This document shows positions 51,511-63,489 of a stretch of DNA of 64,000 bases, one piece after another. Within the stretch, counting starts at the first letter, position 1. Each line of letters starts with the position of its first letter. This DNA is from Azolla caroliniana. Lineage: Eukaryota > Plantae > Polypodiophyta. The stretch spans positions 30,814,001 through 30,878,000 of the forward strand of contig JBHGNT010000001.1 in the NCBI GenBank assembly GCA_043228905.1. The letters are read 5' to 3'. The translations under genes and the position numbers were made by a program. The notes beneath the pieces are model-generated. The model worked only from the letters and a program-made list of their open reading frames with translations. It did no database searches and was not told where the DNA came from.

Positions 51511-52493
51511 GGTTTCGTATCTTAGGGCATGTTTGATTCCATACACCTAATTGTCGATTATTCTAATTAAATTTTAATTTCATAAGTATTGTTTCACTTA
51601 TATGATTTTCTAGTAATTATTATTTACCCGCCCACAATTAACTCTCCTTTTTCCACTTCCTTTTCATGTATAAAGTATTTACATCGTTTATTTTTAATGT
51701 AACCTTTACGTGTAGACTATTTTTTTCGTATGGAGTGGCTTGTTGAACGATTTTTTTTTTCAACGAGTCATCTAGGTTTAACTCTTATCATCAAGCCTTA
51801 GAAAACGAGTAAAACCATATGAGTTCCCTTATTGATGTTTTACTCATGGATTTGAGTATTACATCTTTGCGCACAACACCGTCATCACTTGTATCAATTT
51901 GTGGCTTATGTCACAATTGTGCAAGTTATAACAATCATATTGGGATGTATATGTGCATACCTTGCACTTCCCATTTATTTGTGACATTGTTTTTTTCGTA
52001 GGTAACACATGGGTTCTTTTTTTTTACCCTTGTTTTCGTCACTACTTAACTCTTATGAGTAGTGCCTTATTTTATCATTTTATCATCACGTTTGCTTATT
52101 GCTCGCAAGACTAGAATATTACTTGTGAGTGCACTTGTTTTTTCACGTAATACACTTTCTCGACCATATAATACATGATGGGTTGGCATTAATATAAGGC
52201 TATCTAGGAAATTTCATTGATGTAAGAACCATGGTTGAGCCTCGGGGAGCCGCCATGATTACTCAAGATAGAGATCCGAGAAATACATCTTAGTTATGTT
52301 TTCCCCCATGGTTTTTAAAACACCATAGTGTTACCATAGTTATCGGATCTCGAATCACATCTCATATGTCTAGAGGGGTAAAGACATGAGATACTTTCTT
52401 GGATAAAGTTCTTTCAATCAAAATTTCAAGCATTCATTTTGCTTGTGTATTTTCTGAACCTCCTTATTTTATTGCATACCCACAGCGTGCATC

Positions 52494-55400
52494 ATGGAAC
52501 AAGTTTTGAACGCAGTTGGAACGATCTCTCCAAATGAGACCTCTCAACCCCAATCCGCATCTCGCACACAAGCTGAGATCACTATTGAGCAATTGCTCAC
52601 TACTACCTTGAATCAATTGGCCGAAATGAGACAGGCCAATATGGCATTGGAAAAGAAATTCCAAGAATTAACTATTGAGTCCAAGAAAGAAGGTGAACCT
52701 TCCTTCGTAGTCACGCCTTTCAAGGGAGATAAGAAAGAAAGAACCGAGGAGGCTATTAGCACTTGGCTTGGTCGTTGGGAGTCTCACTTTGAGCTTCATC
52801 CCAAGCCCGATGCAGTAAAAATTGGTTATGTCGGTCGTGAGTTAGGTGGCCGAGCTGCTGCTTGGTGGCGTGGCCTAAGGACCGCAAAAAACTTACCCAC
52901 AACTTGGGAAGGTTTCGTTGATGTTTTTAAGAAACAATTCTTGCAGCCACCTTCTCAAACCGAACAAGCGCAACACTTGCTCACATTGTCTAGTAAGCCA
53001 TTTACCTCTCTCGAGGATTATGTGCATCACGCTCGGACCCAGATCCAAAAATCGGGACTTACGGGTGAGAAATGGTTTGTCGCTTGTTTTTTGAATGGTA
53101 TTCCCAATGGGGATTATCATTGGATTGTCCATGACAAGGACCCCACAACTTTCGAGGAAGCCGTCAACATTGTGCTGCGATACCATAGGACTTCCAAGAA
53201 AGACCACAATAAACCTGAGTTCGCCAAAACTCCGAATGTCAAGTTCATTGGGAAACGTAAGCAATCCAGTGACACTCTTGACCGCGACTCAAAGAAACCG
53301 AACCTCTTCTGTGCATATTGCAAGAAGCGGGGCCACACAAAGGATACCTGTCGTCGTCTTGAGAGGAAGTCAATGAACACCCCTCCTCAAGACAAATCTA
53401 CGAGTCACACAGGTGAGTCTTTTGATATTGTTGAAGTTCATACCAATCACTTAAGTTTATGTGAATGCACTTTTCCTTCACATTTACTTGGACCTAATGA
53501 TTTACTCCGAGCAGTCGGATATATCAATGGAACACAAGCACATTTCTTGTTTGATTCCGGTAGTTCTCACAATTTTCTTAATGATCACTTTGTGCAGCAA
53601 ATGGAGCTCCACATAAACGCAAGTGATCATATCTATCAAGTTCACATGGCAAATGGAAACGTTCAATACATCAGTGGCATTGTTTGTCAACTGCCAATTC
53701 AAATAGATACTTATTTGGAGAAGCTTGACTTTCATGTTATGAAATTACAATCCGCAGATGTCATTTTAGGATATCCTTGGTTTTTTAATAAAAACCCTTC
53801 TTTGTCCATTGATTGGGTTAATCACTCAATCACATTTGAACTTAATAATTGTAAACATTTTATTCAATGTTCCAAACTTCCTTCTCATTCACTTGTGTCT
53901 TCTAAATCTTTAAGTGAGTATTCTAGTTCATTAATTTATTCGTGTGTAATTGATCCTGCGGTTCAATTTTATTATTTTAATATTGACGCCACACAATTAC
54001 CACATTTTGAGCAACGATTGCTCGACTCTATTTTAGAGGATTTTCAAGATGTGTTTCCTACTGAATTACCGCTTACTTTACCACCTAAACGTAATGTGGA
54101 CCATCAAATTGAACTCATCCCTGGGGCTGCTCCTGTGAGCATTCCACCTTACCGACTTAGTCGATTAGAAGAGGATGAGATCGCTAAACAACTTAAGGAA
54201 TACTTGAGTATGGGCCACATTAGGTATAGTAAATCACCTTGGGGTGCGCCACTTCTATTAGTCAAGAAGAAGGAAGGTTCGTGGCGAATGTGTATCAATT
54301 ATCGCCGTTTGAATAAAATGACAATTAAGAATGCATATCCATTACCTCGTGCCGATGATTTGATTGATCGTTTGCACGGGGCTCGATATTTTACGAAAAT
54401 TGACTTACGAACTGGTTATCATCAGATTCGCATCGCCGAGGATGATATTCCTAAAACCGCTTTTCGTACGCGTTATGGCCATTATGAGTTTTTAGTCATG
54501 CCATTTGGGTTGACTAATGCTCCAGCCACATTCCAACAAGCGATGAATGATGTTTTCCGAGATCAACTCGGTGATTTTGTTGTCGTCTTCTTGGATGATA
54601 TTTTGATATATAGCCGTACCTTGCAAGATCATGTTCAACATGTTCGATTTGTTTTGCGAAAGTTGCGTGACAACTCTTTCTATGCAAAACATTCAAAATG
54701 TGACTTCTTCCAAAAATCTATTGTGTACCTAGGTCATTTAATTACAGAAAATGGCGTTGAAATTGAACATTCTCGTATTGAAAAGGTTAAACTTTGGCCC
54801 ATTCCTCGTAATATTCGTGAACTTAGATCATTCTTAGGGTTTGTTGGATTTTTACGAAAATCAATTCGTAACTATTCCAAATGGACTACGCCATTAACTG
54901 ACCTTTTAAAAGGTCATCCACGTAAGTCTGTCAAACCAATTTCATGGAATGAACAACTTGACAAATCATTTGAGACACTCAAGGAGCATGTGTGTCAGGC
55001 TCCCACTCTTCTATTACCAGACCCTTCTAAGCCTTTCTCAATTGAAACCGATGCTAGTGATTATGCTATTGGTGCCGTTCTTTATCAAGGTGGTCACCCT
55101 ATTGCTTTTGAAAGAAAGAAGCTTGATGCTGCTCAATCTCGGTATTTGGTTCAAGAGAAAGAGTTGTTTGCGGTGATACACGCACTTAAAACATGGAGGC
55201 ACTATCTCTATGGAAATAAATTTGTGGTTACAACAGACCATCAATCATTAAAGTATTTTTGTGACCAGCCCGATCTTGTTGGTCGTAAAGGCCGTTGGGC
55301 TGACCTTATGCAAGATTTTGATTTTTCCATACGATATCGCAAGGGTTCTATGAACACCGTTGCTGATGCTCTTAGTCGCATTAAAGAAGTTAACATGCTT

Positions 55401-56897
55401 AGCTTCACGGAAATAAAATCTGATCTTTTAGATCACCTTCGAGGGAAATACCTTGATGACAGTTATTTCTCAAAATACTGGACGAAAGCCGAATCTGGTT
55501 TAGATGCCGATACTAGCACCCTACCCTCGAAGGCGACCTTTCACATTACAAACGGTTTGCTCTACCGTAGTGGAAAGGTCTGTGTTCCAGATTTACCAAA
55601 TGTTAAACAGAAAATTTTTCATGAATGTCATGATGCACCATCTGCTGGTCATCCTGGAATACAACGCACACTCGTTCTCATCTCGTGTACTTTTTTCTGG
55701 CCTAAGATGCGCTCTGACGTGCATAAATACGTAACTCAATGCTTACAATGTCATATTAATAAGTCGGAACGACTTAAAGCTGCTGGTCTTTTACATCCCT
55801 TAGATATTCCCAACAATAAATGGGAAAGTATCTCGATGGATTTTATTGTTAGTTTACCTCGTACACAGAGGGGTCATGATGCCATATGGGTTGTCGTTGA
55901 CAGGCTAACAAAATTAGCTAGATTTATTCCTACAAAAACCACGGTAACCGCTCAACAGTTGGCTTATCAATTTGTTGATGAGTTATTTCGTTTTTATGGA
56001 TTACCGATGGATATTGTTAGTGATCGAGATTCCAAGTTTACTAGTGACTTTTGGACTCAGGTCTTTAAGAAACTAGAAACTACGTTGAGCATGAGTTCCG
56101 CAGATCATCCTCAGTCTGATGGACAAACTGAACGAGTTAATCAAATTATTGAGGACATGCTTCGAGCTTATGTAGCAAAAACCCCTTCTAAGTGGGAGCA
56201 ATACCTTCCTATCTTAGAATTTGCCTATAATAGCTCTAAACATACATCCACTGGATATAGTCCTTTTATGTTGATGTATGGTTTTCAGCCACGTGCCCCA
56301 GTTGATGTCACGATTCATCGTGATACATTAGACAGTACACGCAATTTTTTGCAAGACATGAACCAAATGTTGCATATTGCCAAAGAAAATGTCAAGACAG
56401 CTCAAGATCGTGCTCGATTTTATGCTGATCAGGATAGACGTCCTCGTGCATTTACTATTGGTCAAAAAGTTTTTTTGCGTGTCCCGACTGATTCTACGTC
56501 ATTATCTACGGGCAAGTGCGCTAAGTTAGCCCCACGATATTGTGGCCCATTTGAAATCCTTAAGCGAGTTGGGTCATCTGCTTATCACCTTGCCTTACCT
56601 CGTAACGTTGGTATTCATCCTGTTTTTCACGTCAGTCGTCTAAAACCATTTTTAGGCTCTGGTGATAACACCATCACAATCCAAGATCTTGTAACATTAG
56701 AGGATTTTTCTTACAAACCTCATGTTCCTGAACGAATTCTTGATTCTCGTACTAAACGTTTACGTTCTAAAGAGATTCGGCTATTCAAGATCAAATGGAT
56801 GGATAAACCTATTGATGATGCCACATGGGAACGCGAGCATTCGCTTAAGGCACAATTTCCTCACTTTATATTGCAAGAGTGCAATCTTTTGAAGTAG
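52494..56897 (+). CDS. Gag-Pol polyprotein (gag, zinc knuckle, PR, RT, RNase H, IN, chromodomain), 1467 aa
   Basis: CAYCKKRGHTKDTC; LFDSGSSHNF; KTAFRTRYGHYEF.VMPFGL.NAP; FLDDILIYS; ETDASDYAIGAVL; H-H-C-C and SMDFI/SDRD/QTERVN; GPF; PERILDSR...KIKW...DDATWE. Confidence 0.98.
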   Translation: MEQVLNAVGTISPNETSQPQSASRTQAEITIEQLLTTTLNQLAEMRQANMALEKKFQELTIESKKEGEPSFVVTPFKGDKKERTEEAISTWLGRWESHFELHPKPDAVKIGYVGRELGGRAAAWWRGLRTAKNLPTTWEGFVDVFKKQFLQPPSQTEQAQHLLTLSSKPFTSLEDYVHHARTQIQKSGLTGEKWFVACFLNGIPNGDYHWIVHDKDPTTFEEAVNIVLRYHRTSKKDHNKPEFAKTPNVKFIGKRKQSSDTLDRDSKKPNLFCAYCKKRGHTKDTCRRLERKSMNTPPQDKSTSHTGESFDIVEVHTNHLSLCECTFPSHLLGPNDLLRAVGYINGTQAHFLFDSGSSHNFLNDHFVQQMELHINASDHIYQVHMANGNVQYISGIVCQLPIQIDTYLEKLDFHVMKLQSADVILGYPWFFNKNPSLSIDWVNHSITFELNNCKHFIQCSKLPSHSLVSSKSLSEYSSSLIYSCVIDPAVQFYYFNIDATQLPHFEQRLLDSILEDFQDVFPTELPLTLPPKRNVDHQIELIPGAAPVSIPPYRLSRLEEDEIAKQLKEYLSMGHIRYSKSPWGAPLLLVKKKEGSWRMCINYRRLNKMTIKNAYPLPRADDLIDRLHGARYFTKIDLRTGYHQIRIAEDDIPKTAFRTRYGHYEFLVMPFGLTNAPATFQQAMNDVFRDQLGDFVVVFLDDILIYSRTLQDHVQHVRFVLRKLRDNSFYAKHSKCDFFQKSIVYLGHLITENGVEIEHSRIEKVKLWPIPRNIRELRSFLGFVGFLRKSIRNYSKWTTPLTDLLKGHPRKSVKPISWNEQLDKSFETLKEHVCQAPTLLLPDPSKPFSIETDASDYAIGAVLYQGGHPIAFERKKLDAAQSRYLVQEKELFAVIHALKTWRHYLYGNKFVVTTDHQSLKYFCDQPDLVGRKGRWADLMQDFDFSIRYRKGSMNTVADALSRIKEVNMLSFTEIKSDLLDHLRGKYLDDSYFSKYWTKAESGLDADTSTLPSKATFHITNGLLYRSGKVCVPDLPNVKQKIFHECHDAPSAGHPGIQRTLVLISCTFFWPKMRSDVHKYVTQCLQCHINKSERLKAAGLLHPLDIPNNKWESISMDFIVSLPRTQRGHDAIWVVVDRLTKLARFIPTKTTVTAQQLAYQFVDELFRFYGLPMDIVSDRDSKFTSDFWTQVFKKLETTLSMSSADHPQSDGQTERVNQIIEDMLRAYVAKTPSKWEQYLPILEFAYNSSKHTSTGYSPFMLMYGFQPRAPVDVTIHRDTLDSTRNFLQDMNQMLHIAKENVKTAQDRARFYADQDRRPRAFTIGQKVFLRVPTDSTSLSTGKCAKLAPRYCGPFEILKRVGSSAYHLALPRNVGIHPVFHVSRLKPFLGSGDNTITIQDLVTLEDFSYKPHVPERILDSRTKRLRSKEIRLFKIKWMDKPIDDATWEREHSLKAQFPHFILQECNLLK

Positions 56898-56904
56898 GGG
56901 AGTA
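56891..56904 (+). other. Polypurine tract
   Basis: GAAGTAGGGGAGTA abuts the 3' LTR and overlaps the pol stop codon. Confidence 0.85.
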
Positions 56905-57377
56905 TGTTATGTACACATAACGTTGGTGAGGGTAAGTCACTAATATTTACATTAGTGAAGGGTATGTTCACTATTATTAAAAAGGGGACTAATGATTGGA
57001 TAGAATGAATGATATGTGCATGCACTATCATGATTTAGACAACCAATGAATAGAGAGCCTTTTAGAAAGGCACATCTATTCAAGGGGCCTAGGAAAAGGT
57101 ATAAATATGAGGCTTAGCTACCCTCATAGGATGATCACGTCGGAAGGCTGCTGTCGTAGACACCGGTGGTGCGGGCTAGGCTTTCGTCTCGACGATCGTG
57201 TTTATCTCTTCCAAGGTATTAGTCATCCTAATATCCGGCGGTATGGGACGTCGGTGGTAGGTTGGCTATGTCTAGATCATAGCTCGGGGGTGGTCGGGTG
57301 GAACGGGTTCTTCTATCCAATCTATTTTCTTCCTTTTTACTTGATTTGGTCTATTGATTAGTAATAGACTCTTAACA
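56905..57377 (+). repeat. 3' LTR (473 bp)
   Basis: Matches the 5' LTR except GGGTAAGTC versus GGGTAGGTC (one substitution found by eye). Confidence 0.98.
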
Positions 57378-57544
57378 GCCACCCTCCTACGTCCTTCGGG
57401 ATCTCGTTGGATCCCTAAAGTGGGAGAACACCAACATCTCCCTTCTTGTGAGAATGTCTAAAACATCATGATCATATCTAACCATGTCATTGTGTTCTTG
57501 TATTAATTGGTACTACTTTAGAGCCCTGCTTGCTTTAACCGTGT

Positions 57545-57930
57545 TGATATAAATTGTGTATATTGCTTGGTTTATAAATCACACAATGTCTATTGTCTCG
57601 ACCTTCGAGCTAGCATCAAAGTCCATCATGTCTTTCATGTTACTAGTCTCAACAAGGTTTTGGGTTCTTACAATAATTTCGTTCCCATTAGAACTATGGT
57701 TGTTTTTTAGGATTTGGCATCCAACCCTCACAAACCAAATAGAATTCTCGATTCTCAAACTAAATGTTTATGATCTAAGTATATTCAAGAGTTTTAAATT
57801 AAATGGATGGATGGTTCTATCAAATATGCTACCTAAGAGTGAGAATATGCTCTTAAAACCAACTTTTTTGACTTTTCATTGCAAGAGTGCAATCTTTTAG
57901 AGAGGATAAGGATGTTACGAGCATAATGTT
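57545..57930 (+). mobile_element. Degenerate 3' end (IN C-terminus, chromodomain, PPT, LTR start) of an older related chromovirus
   Basis: Reads KVHHVFHVTSL..VLGS...PNRILDSQTK.L*SK.I...IKWMD....AT*E. It ends in TTGCAAGAGTGCAATCTTTT like the intact copy, followed by a purine run and TGTTA. Confidence 0.8.
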
Positions 57931-59246
57931 AGTCATAGCTCTCTAACCTTGGGTTTGATGTGAGGTAATTCATAAGGAACAACCGGTGAGGATCAATTTA
58001 TCTCAATCTTGCAATGGAGATAACTTAAGAGTGTTTCATCAATCGGTCACTTATAATAAAACAACCTTGTGTGCATCAAATGAGGGTCAATTGTTTCTGC
58101 CTATTTACGAAGGTTAGCTAGCTTCATGAAGTGGATCATCTATATTATTTTGGGTAGACTCTAATAGTGTGGCAAAGCTCTAGCTTCATACATGTGTGAC
58201 TCCTTCAAACTCAAGGTACAATCCATGTTCAAACTTGGAGGTACATACAAAACATTGCACATGGGACTTGGATCTGTCTCTCACCTCTGTTAGGGGTGGT
58301 AAGGTGGACTAGCGTCTTGTCTATTAAAATGCATGATAACATGATTATTACAATATTACACATAAGAAGGATCAAGAAATTATGCATACCATTCAATGGA
58401 TGAATTCCACAAAAAGAAGGATTTGAAAGTGTATTTTCTTCGATTAGAAATCTCCCATTTATGAAGAGTCATTCACATTACACAAGGGAAGTAAGAAATT
58501 ATTCTATCTCATCAGTCTATACTTAGTAGAAAATACATACATTTTGGCTTTGCTAGGTTGTTGATGTAAAAAGTTGAACAACATAAAAGGAAGGAAGACA
58601 AGACTATGCGAGAGTACGTAGTTTGTAATTGGTGCACAAAGTGGTATAAACCCTTGTCGGGTCAAAGCCATGAGGTTCAATAGTATATGCTATCTAGAAC
58701 TTGCCAATCTGCAAGCCTTGAAAACATAAAATACAACAAGCAATAGCCATTAGTCTAGTCGAGGGCTACCTTACATTGTTTGATGTCCGAGAGGGAGTTA
58801 AGGATCCCCTTATGTGGTACTCTACCTCAAATGCCCTCTTTTAAACCTCCTACATGTTTGCTTTTTGAGCACTTCCTAGACTCCATCGGTTGTACATACA
58901 AACATACATATTTATCGCAACCAAACTCAATTGTTATTCTCACTTTTCATACGTACAATTGTGTGCTTTCGTATGGGTTTTACACATGTTTTGGTTAGTT
59001 CCTACCCATTTGTGCTCACACCCAACAAATGATCCCTAACTCTCTCTACACCTAATAGCTCATAATGGCCTTGCATCCTTTATCTTTTACCTTGCAAGTG
59101 TCTCTACAATTTAAACTTACTATAATTTACATGTCCCCCATTGGATGACCAACAATATCCAATATGGGTTTCTAGATCCCTGATGTGACGTTGGTCATGT
59201 ATTATCCCTTTTTGTAACCTTCAAGATGTATTTTATTATGTTTTTT

Positions 59247-59252
<6 letters not shown>

Positions 59253-59305
<53 letters not shown>
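59253..59305. repeat. (GA)n microsatellite
   Basis: About 26 GA units. Confidence 0.95.
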
Positions 59306-59307
<2 letters not shown>

Positions 59308-61715
59308 TTGACATGTCCTTAGATGACCAACCTGACCGATGAGACCCCAAACAACAATCTCCTTGACTAATGCAGGGCCTTTTGTATTTTAAACTATTCT
59401 AGCTCAATACAAAGCTACCCACCTTAAAACTCTCTATTGATAGAAAGTTATGTGCACCTTACATTAGAAGCGATATAAGAAAAGTAATAGTGATAAAGCA
59501 ATACATTCAAAGTGACACTTGGGATAAAGCCATCGCAAATGCAGGGTAGGTAAAGAGGGTGTCCACATATATTGGTGGTTTGTGACGACATTATGCATAG
59601 TTTCAAGCATGTTGGATAAGAAAACGAGGACATGTAGGTCAAATGGGTTGAGGTGACGACAACATGAAGTATAAAGCATGAACATAGGTACAATATCAAA
59701 ATGGATGTAAACAAGGGTATGTAGGTTGAGTGCTTGACTTGATGACATCGTGTAAAGTTACATAAACACAAACCACCTCAAAAAACATTTTGGAGCATGA
59801 CCCACAACACTATTATAACACTGTGAAAGAGAAATACCAAAATATTAAAAGTGGTTTGTACGCCATAAATTTAAGATATAAAACATAAACATTGATTAAA
59901 ACAAAATAATTTTGATTCAAAAAATAGAGCAGTTTGACTTGTTGATGTTGTAACATCCTTTATACTAATGAAAATCCAAGTTGCAGAAATTAATCTTGTT
60001 TTAGAGAATAATGAAGGTAAGTTTATTAAAAGATGAGTTATTAATTTAACTTGCAAAATTAGTCTATTAAAATGTACAAGAATGTGACTATTGTATAGAA
60101 GAGGATCAACAAAATATGCACAACATCACCATGAATAAAGGCCAAAGACACACATGTGATTTTAAATATTGCATTTAAGAAGAGGAGTCATTCACATTGT
60201 GCAAGGTCAACAAAAAACACTTCCACCCCACCATTTTATGCCCATGTATTGATACCTTTGGCAAGAGAACTTATCTAGTGGAAATGACATATATTTTGGC
60301 TTTGATTGGTTATTGATACAAATAACATAAAAATGGAATAACGATGGGACAAAGAGAGTACATAATTTTGTATTTCGTATGTGAAATGTTATGGTTTAAT
60401 ATGAATTTCACAAGTCATAAACTATAAATAGGATGAAATCTGCTCAACTGTTCCCATAATCGAAATGTTTCCTCTAATTGATTATTGACGAGGTGGATTT
60501 CACTCTTTTTGTTGTGTTGGGGTTTGGCCCTCACACACCAATTCGTATCAAACTTTTGAACTTAAAGGCAACAACATGTGACACATTCTACTTGTTGACA
60601 TGCCCACATGCATATGTCATATTGATGCCAAATAGAGTTGACCAATGACAAGGCTACAACTTAAGTCATATTTTGCTTGGTTATGTGTGTGTGGCTAGTG
60701 ACTTTGTTTAGTGCTACCATATGTTTGCCACTCATTGTTTGCTTCCTAATGAGTCAACGGTTCATAAGCTTCCACACATAACAATCATATATATAGTATG
60801 CAAGTACATCAAGTGGATTAGGGAGTTTATTGAGCCACGATACCCAAGCAATCATCAATAAATTGAGTTGAGGCCATTACAATGTTCGTAACAAAATATT
60901 TCTGTCTCTAATGTACTACCATTCGTGCTATGAGATTCCTTATTGGATGGTGCCAAACTTTTCTCTAATCTTTCAAATGTCAACATGTGTTGTGCCATTG
61001 CTCAACAAGGGCGTGGAAATTTTTCAAAAAAGCGAGCAACATTGGACCAGATAAAAAATTGATGCTAAGTTTATCATGAATTTTCTCATTATCTCGTGCA
61101 TGAAAAGGAAAGGATACCAAATATTGCTTCACGTGGTCAACAACGATCCCTCTCCCTTTCTATCAGTTGACATATTGTTTTAACATCCCATCGCCATCTT
61201 GTTTGTATGAGAAGTGGTTAAAAAAGGCGATTCATTGTCTTATTTATTTTTTCTTGCGATGGACCAAAATAAGTCCGATTGGAAAGGCGATTTGTTCATC
61301 CTAGATGTGGTAGCGCATGAGCTAACGGAGCAACGCAATATCAAGATGGACAAAGAAACTGGTAAGGGCCCTCAGGGGGAGCACGGAAAAACTCTCTCTG
61401 TCTCGTTTGCTTGTGATATGAGTTGATGTGGTAACAAAAAGGAGAAGAGATGTTTTTTCCTCTGCCCCAAGTGGTTGGGCAGTGGTAGCACAAGTGTGTG
61501 TGTGTGGCCTTTTACTTACTTAACTGGGTATGGTGGTTATCTACATGTTGCCCAAAACAAGTAAAAAGAAGACCAAAAAACATTTCTTCATACCCTGAAA
61601 TTGGAAGGAAATTAAAAAAAAGTTTTTATTTTTTATTTTTTCTCATGTGTTTTCCTCATCCTCCCCCTTCTTCTTCTTCAAGTCTCATTTCTTCTTCTCA
61701 GATTTCTCCTTCAAA

Positions 61716-61730
61716 AAACCCTAACCCTAG
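61716..61730 (+). promoter_or_regulatory. Telo-box-like motif in the probable first (non-coding) exon of the HAC-like gene
   Basis: AAACCCTAACCCTAG within a CT-rich leader that ends at the donor CAG|GTATG (61801/61802). A similar motif lies at ~40831, upstream of CHX. Confidence 0.4.
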
Positions 61731-63489
61731 CTTCTTCCTGCAACCCTCTTCTGCAGACACCCTCCATTCTCCGATCCTCCTCGACTTGGCTTCTTCTTCA
61801 GGTATGTGTTCCAAAGATTCTCTGTTTCACTTTTCCCTTTCCTTCCCACAATTCAATCCTTTCAACGATACGTTAGATCTCTCCATGAAGCTATATGTAT
61901 TCCTCCTTTTATGTGAAAGATTCCAGGGTTTCACCACCCTTTTATCTCGCAAATCGCACCTGTATAATGTTTAGTCCGACTAGTTTTGATTTATTTTCAA
62001 AGTCTGCATATGTCAACCGAAGAAGGAGATCTCTCAGTTCAGGTATGGAAACGGAATGATTTCTGCTTAATGCGGCTGTTTAATCGACCAAATTTCCTTC
62101 TTTGGACTTGTACCGGGCTTTTCGACTTATTTCGACCTAGTTTCAAGTCTGTCATTGGTTAACTGAGATGAAAGATCTCTTTGTTCAGTTATGAAAATTC
62201 ACCGGTTCTTGTTAAATTCGACTGCGTAAAAGTGGTTTCCTCATTCTTTGCACCTGTATCAGGATTTATTCTACTCGCGTTGACCTTGTTTGAAGTTTTT
62301 ATATGTAAAATTAAGGGTGAGAACCTCTCCCTTAAAAGTATGGAAATGGGCTCATCATTCCCTTCTGCATTCGACTGTCTTCCGTTCTTTGCATCTGCAG
62401 CAGGGGATCTATTCCACACGTTTTGACCTAATTTCATGTCTATATTACATGTCAATTGAAGGGTGGTGATCTCTCCCTTGAGCTATGGAAATGCACATAT
62501 TCTTGTTTAATTGGATTGTGAAAAAGTCATTTCTTCCTTGCATTGCATCTGGAACAGGCTTTATTCTAGTCGTTTGACCTAGTTTCAAGTCTTGTATATG
62601 TCAGCTGAAGCTGTAAGAACTCCCCAGTTCAGACATGGAAATGCCATGAATAAAGCACAAGTCATTGTTTTTTATGTTTACATCGTATTATTTTATTTTG
62701 CAAGTATGTTTGCATTTTAATCAGGTCTAGTTAGCAATCACAATGATTCAGTCTGGCTCAAAATGAAATCGTTTAAAATAAATGAAACTTGAATTAAACC
62801 TTGAAACTGTTTAAAATGAAACCATTTAAACTGACCTGTTTAAGAGACTCTCATATCTAAATCATTAACTTTTCAGAAAGTCATTTGCATGAAAATTAAA
62901 ATTGAAAATCAACTGATTAATTGTAAACCATTAAATGAATACATTTCAAGATGAACCAAATCAAACAGTTAACCGTCATTGCAAAATTAAACCAAATCCT
63001 AACTGTCTTCCAAGTTTTGAACCGAAATTAAAGCCATTAACATGTTAAACCACAGTTACTGATTGCTAGATCTAGCTCTACCTGTCTTAATCATGTAAAG
63101 TCTATATCATCAATTGGATACAGCACAAGTCATTGTGGGACAATCATTGTTTTTCTGTTCCTATATCATTTCCATCCTTTTCTTAGTAGTAAAATTGCTT
63201 CTTATTCAGACCTAGAGCTTGTTTATGGGGCAATCCATGACATTGCTCAGAAGTTACAAATGTCATTCTCGTGACAAACTTTCTCTGATAATCTATACCA
63301 GTGAAATTAATGTTTTGTTTATGTTCATGCAACGTTACATCTGACGAATTTTCTTTTGGTCAAGAATCCTCACTCTCCTGTCCATAATGCTATTCTCATT
63401 TTGAATAATATGCTAACATTGTGTTTTATAATCTTGGGTAAAAGTGAATCAGTTGTGCCAGAAGTTTCTCAATTAGAAAGAAGCTCAGG

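Larger units (their letters stand above)
50349..57377 (+). mobile_element. Intact Ty3/gypsy chromovirus LTR retrotransposon
   Basis: TG...CA LTRs at 50349-50821 and 56905-57377; TSD GCCAC at 50344-50348 and 57378-57382; PBS; PPT; single gag-pol ORF. Confidence 0.98.
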
